This document shows positions 44,174-51,661 of a stretch of 64,000 bases of DNA, in pieces (within the stretch, counting starts at the first letter, position 1; every line of letters begins with the position of its first letter). The stretch lies in IMG/VR virus record IMGVR_UViG_3300031746_000007, positions 20,669-84,668 of that record. One strand, 5' to 3'. A program made the translations under genes and the position numbers. The stretch is from a virus. The notes below the pieces were generated by a model. It had not been told where the DNA came from. It was given only the letters and a program-made list of their open reading frames with translations, and made no database searches.

Positions 44174-44452
44174 TCAGCCCTTCTTCTTGATCACGTGCCG
44201 CCGGTAGCAGTCCGACCCGATCGGCCAGTAGCCCATGTACCCGCCGTCGTTCCCGTCGCTGTCGTGGTCACCCCACTCGGCGCCGCCGCGGATGACGACC
44301 GCGGTGTGCGGCCAGGGATCGAGCACGGGCTTGCCGCAGATCGCGCACGGGGTCGCCGCACTGTGAGCGCCCTCGAAATTCTTGTGGTAGCGCTTCCCGC
44401 TGAACGGCTTCACCTTGAACTTCGGAGAAGCCTTGTCGCACGTCTTGCACAT
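44174..44452 (-). CDS. Hypothetical Zn-binding protein
   Basis: PCAICGKP...MG.WPIGSDC. Confidence 0.7.
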   Translation of the reverse strand: MCKTCDKASPKFKVKPFSGKRYHKNFEGAHSAATPCAICGKPVLDPWPHTAVVIRGGAEWGDHDSDGNDGGYMGYWPIGSDCYRRHVIKKKG

Positions 44453-44811
44453 CACCGACCCCCTTCCGGCACCAGCTCGATGTTGTCGCTGTTCGAACCC
44501 TTGGTGATCACGTACCCGCGACCGTCGACGACGAGCACGTCGCCGAGCTTCGCGTCGATGACGTTGCCGGCGGCGCGCTCGCGCGCGATCTCCGCCCCGG
44601 TCCCGCCATAGTTGTCGATGACCGAGCAGAGCGGGAACGCGTACGCCCACGGTCCCGGCACGAGCGGCCCCTGGTGCTCCTGCCGGCCCGACTCGCCTTC
44701 GCGTACGCACCCGACCGCGAACGCCGACACCGAGTAGCCGGCGACCTTCACGCGCGTGTAGTCGAACGGTCGCGCCTTATCGTTGTAGAGCTTCCGAACC
44801 ATCACTCGCAT
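44452..44811 (-). CDS. Hypothetical protein
   Basis: GGAGG RBS; GD...VDG..Y.I. Confidence 0.7.
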   Translation of the reverse strand: MRVMVRKLYNDKARPFDYTRVKVAGYSVSAFAVGCVREGESGRQEHQGPLVPGPWAYAFPLCSVIDNYGGTGAEIARERAAGNVIDAKLGDVLVVDGRGYVITKGSNSDNIELVPEGGR

Positions 44812-45056
44812 GCTGCCTCCTCCTTCGCAGTTCTCGCCTCGACCTTTTCGAGCGCCGCCTCGAGCGCCTTGAGCTTCGCCTCGGCTTCGCGCAGCATCGT
44901 CTTCGACGACTCCGCGAGAATGGCGACGAGCGCTCCGCCGGCGCACGTGCGCTGTTTCTTGATCAGCCGCCGGCTCTCGGCGACCACCTTGCGCCACTCG
45001 GCTACGCGCTCGCGCGCCGCCGCCACCTCACCGCACGTCTTGCACTCACAGCTCAT
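44802..45056 (-). CDS. Hypothetical coiled-coil protein
   Basis: GAGGAGG RBS. Confidence 0.6.
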   Translation of the reverse strand: MSCECKTCGEVAAARERVAEWRKVVAESRRLIKKQRTCAGGALVAILAESSKTMLREAEAKLKALEAALEKVEARTAKEEAACE

Positions 45057-45067
45057 CCCGCACCTCC

Positions 45068-45265
45068 TCACCCGCAGGGGTTCCGATTCCACCATCGTTC
45101 GATCTTCGCCGCGCGCCGCCATGCCGCGTCGAACTCCTCGCGGAGCAACCGCTTCGCTTCCGCGTACCCGGGAGCGCTCGGGCTCAGACTCATCAGCCGA
45201 TCGCGGAGGGATTCGCGGGCCCGCCGCGCCTCCTCCCTTTCAGCTAACGTGTACTTCGCAGGCAC
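45068..45265 (-). CDS. Hypothetical protein
   Basis: AAGGAGG RBS after repeat 19. Confidence 0.6.
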   Translation of the reverse strand: MPAKYTLAEREEARRARESLRDRLMSLSPSAPGYAEAKRLLREEFDAAWRRAAKIERWWNRNPCG

Positions 45266-45289
45266 CGCCGACCTCCTTCCTACACCCGG

Positions 45290-45325
45290 AGTGTCTCATT
45301 CTCAGGTACGGTTGTCAAGAGAATT
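45290..45325 (-). promoter_or_regulatory. Cassette promoter repeat 19
   Basis: AATTCTC TTGACA accgtacct GAGAATGA GACACT; 36 bp identical to copy 18. Confidence 0.9.
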
Positions 45326-45491
45326 CGACCTCGTCGGCAGGGGACACCCAGACCACCCGGAACCCGCGCGCGTGCGCCCACCGCATGACCTCGGCGCGTG
45401 CGGTCGGGATCCGCAAGAACACCCGGCGCCCCTCGCTCAGCGCGTACCCGACCCACCGACCGCCCGACCGCTCGACATAGAGCTTATCCAT
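45315..45491 (-). CDS. Hypothetical protein
   Basis: MDKLYVER...; stop is the TGA of the repeat's TTGACA. Confidence 0.6.
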   Translation of the reverse strand: MDKLYVERSGGRWVGYALSEGRRVFLRIPTARAEVMRWAHARGFRVVWVSPADEVEFS

Positions 45492-46024
45492 CACACCCTC
45501 TCCTTCCGCGGCGTCCCCGCCTTGGTGAGCGTGGCCTGGTAGTCGAGCGCCTTCCGCAGGTTGGCCGCCTTCTCCTCGGCACCCCAGCCGCGCTCGACCG
45601 GCGACCCGTGGCCGCAGACTTTCGTGCTCCGCCCGAGCTTCTCGTGCTCGGTCGTGATGTCCCGGAGGTCGGCCGGCGTCACCACCGTGAACACGTCCCC
45701 GACCTGGGAGGTCCCGCCGCCGCAGCACCGGCTCGGGGTCACGACCTCGACCACCCGAGCGAAGTATTCGAAGGGCTGGCAGCCCATCGTCATCCCGCCC
45801 ACCCGGATGAGGTCGCCCACCTTGACTTCGTCGGCCCGGCACTTGCGCAGGTTGCGCAGGAACTCGGCCGCCGCGCGACCCCGCCGGGTCAGGCGAACGC
45901 CTTTGCCGTGGCAGTCGAAGCACTTGCCGCCGTAGACCGACGTCGGGCCGTAGCGCCCATCGCCCCCGCAGCGCCCGCAGGGCTCGCGTTCGAACTTGTC
46001 CGGGCTGTTGACCACCTCGACCAC
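45491..46024 (-). CDS. Zn-finger (CxxCxGxG) hypothetical protein
   Basis: PCGRCGGDG.Y.....G.CFDCHGKG. Confidence 0.75.
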   Translation of the reverse strand: MVEVVNSPDKFEREPCGRCGGDGRYGPTSVYGGKCFDCHGKGVRLTRRGRAAAEFLRNLRKCRADEVKVGDLIRVGGMTMGCQPFEYFARVVEVVTPSRCCGGGTSQVGDVFTVVTPADLRDITTEHEKLGRSTKVCGHGSPVERGWGAEEKAANLRKALDYQATLTKAGTPRKERV

Positions 46025-46051
46025 GACCGCCTCCTTCGGGCTCCCGCCCCG

Positions 46052-46312
46052 CTAGATCTTCTCGATCTCGACCACCTCGTACCGTGCCACCCGGCGGCTG
46101 GTGTAGCTCCCGAGCTTCAGCTCCGAGAGCGACAGCCCCATCGTGCCGCAGTGCGTCTTGTCGGCGACCACGTACCAGCCGCCGCCGTACCCGAGCGCCT
46201 TGACCTCGAGCACCTTGACACTCCGGCGACCGCGGCCGGCGCCGCTCGAGGCGTAAACCGGCAACCGCTCGACCGTCACCCGGACCGTGTCACCTACCGC
46301 CAGCGTCATCAT
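46052..46312 (-). CDS. Hypothetical protein
   Basis: AAGGAG RBS after repeat 20. Confidence 0.6.
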   Translation of the reverse strand: MMTLAVGDTVRVTVERLPVYASSGAGRGRRSVKVLEVKALGYGGGWYVVADKTHCGTMGLSLSELKLGSYTSRRVARYEVVEIEKI

Positions 46313-46337
46313 CCCGGGCTCCTTTCCCTACGCTCAG

Positions 46338-46373
46338 AGGGTCTCATTCTCCTGTCCGTTTGTCAAGAAGAAT
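46338..46373 (-). promoter_or_regulatory. Cassette promoter repeat 20 (first in transcription order)
   Basis: ATTCTTC TTGACA aacggacag GAGAATGA GACCCT. Confidence 0.85.
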
Positions 46374-46375
46374 GT

Positions 46376-46540
46376 CGGGGGTATCTGGAATTTTATGACG
46401 CACCGCGTCAGAGGGCTTCACCGGCGCGTGTTCGGGAGCGAGGGGGGGTGTGTTTTCGGCCGGCGGCCGGGGGGCCCGGGGGGAGGGTAGCCCCCCCCTA
46501 TGACGCGCGAGTCAGGTGGGATCTGACAGGGGTGTCATAG
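46376..46540. other. G/C-tract region with TGAC..GTCA dyads; candidate packaging site or genome end
   Basis: G7, G6, G6 and C8 runs; dyads at 46396-46410, 46501-46514, 46524-46537; just 3' of the TerS-like gene. Confidence 0.4.
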
Positions 46541-46560
46541 CGCCCGAGAAGTGTACGTTC

Positions 46561-47325
46561 TCAGGTGCCAGTCTTGTCCTTGGCTTCGGGCTCGAGGTGC
46601 GCCTCGAGCACGCGCGCGCGTGGCGCCTCGCTCGAGAAAAGCCCTTGCGTCTTCGCGCGATCGAGGGCGCGCATTGCTGCCTGCATGCGACGATCTGCCT
46701 CCTCTTGCGTGATGTCATCCATGCGATGCACGACCCCGAGGATCTGCGTGGGCTCACCTAGCACGAGACGCTCTGACTCGATGACACCCTGTGCTGCGTC
46801 AGTGACCTGCTTCAGTGTCTGCCCCACACGTGCGAGCAGCGACACCAGGCCACGCACCTCCTGCATGGTGAGCTGCCGAGGGTTGCCCTTCTCATCCTTC
46901 ACAGCCCCGAGGCTCGAGATCGAATCAGCGACAGCGTCGCCGACTTTCGCAGCGCCTGCCGAGATCTTCACCAGGGAGGCGAGCAAGCCCGTCGTCGACG
47001 CTCGAGCCAGCCGAACCATTTGCGCCTCGGCGAGCTGCGTCTTCTCGGCGTCGTCGCGCGCGTCCTTGCGCACGCCGGTCGCGACGGCGACCTCCTCGCG
47101 CACGAGCGCCGCGCGCTTGTGCGACGACTCCTCCTCGAGCACGGTGCGGATCGGCGAGCGCGCATCGGGGAACGTCGACCAGGCGATCCCCTTCTCCCAC
47201 GCGCGCCGACAGAAGTGATAGTCGAGCCCGGTCGCTTTGTGGGCGGCATTGATGTTGCCCGGGTCCGTGCGGAATGCGGCGACCAGCGCCTGCCACTGCT
47301 CTCTGCTTATATGCCGCTTAGGCAT
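46561..47325 (-). CDS. Terminase small subunit-like protein
   Basis: N-terminal HTH-like segment, long helical middle, ERLVLGEPTQI near the C-terminus. Confidence 0.55.
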   Translation of the reverse strand: MPKRHISREQWQALVAAFRTDPGNINAAHKATGLDYHFCRRAWEKGIAWSTFPDARSPIRTVLEEESSHKRAALVREEVAVATGVRKDARDDAEKTQLAEAQMVRLARASTTGLLASLVKISAGAAKVGDAVADSISSLGAVKDEKGNPRQLTMQEVRGLVSLLARVGQTLKQVTDAAQGVIESERLVLGEPTQILGVVHRMDDITQEEADRRMQAAMRALDRAKTQGLFSSEAPRARVLEAHLEPEAKDKTGT

Positions 47326-47539
47326 CGACTACTTCCCTTGTGTGTCTCGAATCCTAGACACTGTTTTTCGAGTGTCTCGATTCCGAGACTTGAATTTCGA
47401 CCGCAACACCGACCCCTTGGCCGCAGGTTAATGTTCCGAGGGCGCTTTTTTCGGTTCCAGAGCCTGTTTTCGCCGTTATGTCGCCTTTTGGAGACACTTT
47501 TTTCAGTTCGTAAATGTTCGTTGGCATTGGATTATTGTT

Positions 47540-47959
47540 CTAACGAGAAACCTTAATCCAATCAACCGACTTCATTGCCAAGGCGTAAGACGCGACCACA
47601 ACGGCAGCCGTGACCGTGGCCACGAACCAAGGACGCTCGTAAACGGGTGGAGTCACTGCTTCCAACTGTTGACGAAGCACCTCGTCAGTCGCTCGAGCCT
47701 TGACCGTGTCGATCGCCCGCAGCTGCCGCTCGAGGTCCAGGTCGACTCGAGCAAGCGCTCGAGCGTGCTCGACCTCGAGCCCGATCCTGGCGTCGCAGAA
47801 CTGCGCCTTGAGCCCGAGGTCGACGGCGAGCGCCGGCGTGAGCAGCTGCCCGGCGAACGGAGCCGCCACCCCTTGCGTGAGCGGCGCCGAGCACTTCGAC
47901 GGGTCGGAAGGGTCACACACAGGCGTGGCCAACACGAGAACGGTGATCAGCGACAGCAT
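47540..47959 (-). CDS. Secreted/membrane protein, spanin-like
   Basis: Signal-peptide-like N-terminus, coiled coil, C-terminal TM; in lysis-like cluster. Confidence 0.5.
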   Translation of the reverse strand: MLSLITVLVLATPVCDPSDPSKCSAPLTQGVAAPFAGQLLTPALAVDLGLKAQFCDARIGLEVEHARALARVDLDLERQLRAIDTVKARATDEVLRQQLEAVTPPVYERPWFVATVTAAVVVASYALAMKSVDWIKVSR

Positions 47960-48069
47960 GCTTTTCCCCTTCCGTGCGCTCACCAGCTCACCGGAGCGCG
48001 TTTTTCAGCGCGAGTTGACGTCCGGATGACACCCCGCTCGTTTGCGGAGCGTGGCGACCCCGCCAAAGC

Positions 48070-48426
48070 TCAAAAAGGCGGCTTCTTGTCGTTCGGCTTC
48101 GGTGTGCCGCCGGCTCGCACCAGGAACTGAGCCAGTGCTACCGGGTCGTTGCGCAGCTCGTCAGCCTTGCGCTTCTGCTCGACGTCGAGCGCGATGATCT
48201 CGCTCCGGTAGGTCGCCTCGACCTGCTCACGAGCCCGCTCAGCGCCGAGCAGCTCTTGAGCCCGGCGAGCTTCGGCCTTGGCACCGATCGAGTCAAGCTC
48301 GAGCCGCACGCGCGCAGCGACATCCGCCGGCGACACACGACGCGACCAGATCGCGACGAGCACGAGCCCGACCGCGAGCACGACGAGGTACCAGCGATCG
48401 ACGAGCCAGTGCAGCGCTCGCTTCAC
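48070..48426 (-). CDS. i-spanin-like protein
   Basis: N-terminal TM then coiled coil. Confidence 0.55.
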   Translation of the reverse strand: MKRALHWLVDRWYLVVLAVGLVLVAIWSRRVSPADVAARVRLELDSIGAKAEARRAQELLGAERAREQVEATYRSEIIALDVEQKRKADELRNDPVALAQFLVRAGGTPKPNDKKPPF

Positions 48427-48914
48427 GGGGCGCCGCCGTCCGGCGGCGTCGCCGGCAGCTCGAGCCGCGAGTCCTTGCCGAGCACCGACTGCACGCCGAT
48501 CTTGTGCGACTGCCCGACCACGAACCCGAGGATGATGCCGAGCAGAATCGTGTCGGCGAGCGACGCAGTCACGTCACGCAACCCGGGGATCCACACGCCG
48601 ATCGAGCACAGCACAATCGCGAGCACCGGCTCAGCCCGAACCCACGCCTGCGACTTGAAGACCTTCTCGGGGATGAGTCGACGCGTGGTCTGAATCAGAG
48701 CCCACGTCGCCGCCATGAGCGCGACGTTTGCCTTGGTGAGAATCAGGTCCGTGAGCACACCGGCGATGCTCGAGCCGAGGTCGCCGGCGGTCTCCGGCGG
48801 AGCGACCGGCGTCGCCGGCAGAGCCGCAGGGTCGAGGTTGCCTTGCGCGAGAGCGCCGACAGCGAACACGAGCACCGCGAGCGCGAGCACCGTCCAGACC
48901 ATGAATCGTTTCAT
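48423..48914 (-). CDS. Holin-like multi-TM protein
   Basis: Start ATG 48914; about four hydrophobic segments. Confidence 0.55.
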   Translation of the reverse strand: MKRFMVWTVLALAVLVFAVGALAQGNLDPAALPATPVAPPETAGDLGSSIAGVLTDLILTKANVALMAATWALIQTTRRLIPEKVFKSQAWVRAEPVLAIVLCSIGVWIPGLRDVTASLADTILLGIILGFVVGQSHKIGVQSVLGKDSRLELPATPPDGGAP

Positions 48915-48966
48915 GCCGCATTCACTACGCGAGCGCGAGCCACGCGTCAAGATCTCGATGCGCGCA

Positions 48967-49017
48967 CCGAGCCCGCTCGAGCCGAGCCCGCTCGAGCCGC
49001 AGCTCGAGCCGAGCCCT
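48967..49017. repeat. Short tandem repeats of a CTCGAG-containing unit
   Basis: ccgagcccgctcgag x2, then ccgcagctcgagccgagccc. Confidence 0.7.
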
Positions 49018-49379
49018 TGGGCGCATACCGAATCTTCGGCGCGAAGAACTCTCCTCGAGCCGCGAGCCGAGCGACGGGATCGGGCAACCCAACGCGCACC
49101 GCGGCGAGCGTGCCGCCAGGCGCGGCTTCCCTCTCCCGGAACAGCATCGACGCGAACTTCACGCGAGCCACCTCGAGCGCGAAGAGCGCGTCGACCGCCG
49201 GCACCGAGCCGAGGCGGCGAGATTGCCACTCCGAGATGAACCAGACTCCCCACCGAATTGGCTGCATCGACCGAATCATCGGCTCACCCCACCGAAAGTT
49301 GCGTCCCGAAACCCTTGTTTGCTGGCACACCCCGGCACATTCGCCCCAAGACAAGATTTCGTTCGCCGAGTCGCGGGGT

Positions 49380-49745
49380 TAGCCCGGAAAACGCTGTCAC
49401 ACGTTATCTACTCTAAAGAGTTTTTTCTTATACACATATTCGTGATTTCACGAGAATGTTTTTTTCCAGTACAAATCCAAACGACTTTTTCTGTGACACC
49501 CAAAAACCCTTCCAAAAAACCGAATCCATTGCACTTTTTTTCGGAAACCCCTCAAAAACGCCCGTGTGCCGACCTGTGCCGACACGCTTGGCACACCAAA
49601 AACAATTCCCAGAAAATGCCCGCGAACATTCTCACGAATGCTGTCACACGCGACACACTCAAACGAGAACATTTCACACGCTCCTGAACATTCTTATTTG
49701 CGTGTGCCGCTGAGTCAGTGTCTACGCCAATCGCGCGTGGTCACG
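49380..49745. other. AT-rich non-coding region, candidate replication origin
   Basis: Many A/T tracts in a GC-rich genome; repeats gctgtcacacg x2 and tgtgccgac x2. Confidence 0.45.
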
Positions 49746-49997
49746 TCATCGATCTCTAGCAGCGCGCCGCAGCGTCCACCTCGAGCGGGCGATGACCTCC
49801 GACCCGATCGGGCCGAGGTCGACCTCGACCTGGCAGCGCACGAACGACCGAATCGACACGTCGAGCCGCCGAGGCTCGTCCGGCTCGAGCGTGAGTCGCA
49901 CCCGCGGCATCACCGCGAAGCGCACCTCGCGCGCGCCGTCGAAGTCGCTCGACCAGAACTGCACGCCGGCTTTGGTGATGAAGAGCGACTCGGTCAT
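49746..49997 (-). CDS. Hypothetical protein
   Basis: ATGA-coupled chain. Confidence 0.5.
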   Translation of the reverse strand: MTESLFITKAGVQFWSSDFDGAREVRFAVMPRVRLTLEPDEPRRLDVSIRSFVRCQVEVDLGPIGSEVIARSRWTLRRAARDR

Positions 49998-50185
49998 CGC
50001 TTCCACTCCTCCTTCGCCTTCTCGGTCCACCCACCGTCATCAGTCCAGTAGCCCTCGCGCCGCATGCGCTGCCAATACTCTCGGCAGTCGTCGCACGGCT
50101 CCCCGCGCTCCGGCGGGCACGGTCGACCGCAGTTTGGGGATTGCTCCGCCTCTTCGTCGGGCGCGTCACCGCGCGGGATAGGCAT
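49994..50185 (-). CDS. Small Cys-rich protein
   Basis: CGRPC....CDDC..YW. Confidence 0.55.
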   Translation of the reverse strand: MPIPRGDAPDEEAEQSPNCGRPCPPERGEPCDDCREYWQRMRREGYWTDDGGWTEKAKEEWKR

Positions 50186-50690
50186 TGCCCCGCCTTTTCT
50201 CGAGCAGCGCTCGCAGCCGGATACACTTCGGCGTCACGCACAGACCGTTGTCGGCAGGACACCAGCACAACCCTTGTTTCAAAACCAGGGAGTCCCACCC
50301 CGCGGCGTCGTGCAGTGCCTCCTCTAGCACGCGTCGACGCTCGACCACGCGCCTCGCCGCGTCGAGCGTCGTCTCGTCTTCGCCAGCCTCGAGCGCCGCG
50401 CGCACGAGCACGAGCGCACCGAGCCCGAGAGGTCGGTCTGCCTTCGCCCCCTCGAGCAAGAGCGCCATGTCGGCGTTGTCCTTCTTCAGCCGCGCGATCG
50501 CCGCCACGAGCGCCGAGTGTGCGCCGTCCGACCCTACCAGCCGGTGCGCCTCGACGATCTCGCGCGTCAGCCGCTCACGCTCACGGTTAGCGACCTCGAG
50601 TGATGCCTTGAGGTCGCGCACCTCACCCTTGAGACACGTCGGGCACTCGACGTGCATCGAGTTGCCGCAGTCGGGACACTGACCTGCCAT
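50166..50690 (-). CDS. Hypothetical coiled-coil / Zn-binding protein
   Basis: CPDC..CPTC, coiled coil, CWC..C. Confidence 0.65.
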   Translation of the reverse strand: MAGQCPDCGNSMHVECPTCLKGEVRDLKASLEVANRERERLTREIVEAHRLVGSDGAHSALVAAIARLKKDNADMALLLEGAKADRPLGLGALVLVRAALEAGEDETTLDAARRVVERRRVLEEALHDAAGWDSLVLKQGLCWCPADNGLCVTPKCIRLRALLEKRRGNAYPAR

Positions 50691-50693
50691 AGC

Positions 50694-51365
50694 TCACGCC
50701 CCCTTCTTGTTCTTCAAGAGCACGTCGAGGATCTCAGCCGCCGGCCCGACCCCAACCTGCGCAGGTCGCCAGCTGCCGGCGGGACCTTTGAGCGACAGGT
50801 CGTCGTCGGCGGGGTTGCGTCGCAGCACCTCGAGCATGATGTCGACCTTCGCGTGCAGGTCGTCGAGCGTGAGGTTGTTGATCAGCTGGTAGTGCCACCC
50901 GCACCAGCGCTCGAGCGCGGTCTCGCTCGCGTGCTGCCCGGTCGCGATCGAGGGCGCGTCAGGCCGCTCGATGCGTACGAGCTTCCCGCCCCACTCGTGA
51001 ATCGCCTCGCACTCATTCGGGAAGCGGCAGTCGCTCACGACCCAATCGGCGTCGACCGTCTCCGGGCTCGCCGGGTCGCGGATCTCTCGCTCGAGCGCCT
51101 TGATCCACACGTCGTCGCGGTACCCGCGCCGCAGACACTCGGTGCCGACCTTCTGAAGGATGTTGCGGGGCGTGTCATCCCAGAAGGGATCGAGTCGATC
51201 CTTCTGGTCGCCGTAGACCTGCGACTCTGTGAGCCCGAAGATCTCGACGCACGCGCGCTTGAGCGCATCGGCGAACGCGACCTCGATGAAGCCGTGCCGA
51301 CGCACGAGCCAGCTCGCGACCTCGCCCTTGCCCGTCCGCGCCTTGAAGCCCAAGCCGATGATCAT
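50694..51365 (-). CDS. Deoxynucleoside monophosphate kinase
   Basis: MIIGL...RTGK..VA, FADALK, TPR.ILQ.VGTE, VVSDCRFPNE, HASE. Confidence 0.92.
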   Translation of the reverse strand: MIIGLGFKARTGKGEVASWLVRRHGFIEVAFADALKRACVEIFGLTESQVYGDQKDRLDPFWDDTPRNILQKVGTECLRRGYRDDVWIKALEREIRDPASPETVDADWVVSDCRFPNECEAIHEWGGKLVRIERPDAPSIATGQHASETALERWCGWHYQLINNLTLDDLHAKVDIMLEVLRRNPADDDLSLKGPAGSWRPAQVGVGPAAEILDVLLKNKKGA

Positions 51366-51661
51366 GGTCTCTCCTTCAAATCGTTCGCAGTCACGCGACG
51401 CGCGACCTCTGCCTTCGATAGCCACTTGCGCTCGACGTCCGTGTGCCGCGACCAACCCGTGTGACCACACTCGAGACACCGGTACTCGTAGCGCACGTGC
51501 GCCACACGACGACCGCCACAGCTGCGTTGCGCGCCCGTCAACTGGCGCACCCGACCTGTCGCTTCGTATTCGAAGCCGTACCTCGAGCCATGACCGCCGA
51601 GCTTGCGACACCGTGCGCAACGGAAATGAACGGGTCGACCTGTGCCTGTCGAGCCTGGCAT
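51362..51661 (-). CDS. Hypothetical Zn-binding protein
   Basis: CARC...EYRCLECGHTGWSRH; GGAGG RBS. Confidence 0.65.
   Translation of the reverse strand: MPGSTGTGRPVHFRCARCRKLGGHGSRYGFEYEATGRVRQLTGAQRSCGGRRVAHVRYEYRCLECGHTGWSRHTDVERKWLSKAEVARRVTANDLKERP

Larger units (their letters stand above)
26956..46373 (-). repeat. Dispersed family of 20 direct repeats (35-36 bp) delimiting gene cassettes
   Basis: Plus-strand consensus a(g/t)(t/c)gTCTCATT(C/A)TC-N9-TGTCAAGAGAATT, all in the same orientation; copies listed individually. Confidence 0.95.

Noticed and set aside
26956-46373. CRISPR array interpretation of the 36-bp repeats
   Set aside because: Spacing is 0.26-3.3 kb with whole genes between copies, the core is variable, and there is no cas operon.
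25351-46373. Classical integron (IntI plus attC) or shufflon
   Set aside because: Repeats lack the RYYYAAC..GTTRRRY ends and long attC hairpin, the recombinase looks Cre-like with no evident IntI insertion, and all repeats are direct rather than inverted.
48947-49354. 135-aa ORF as endolysin or real gene
   Set aside because: No catalytic motifs and the 3' end runs through a tandem repeat; no endolysin is recognisable in this window.
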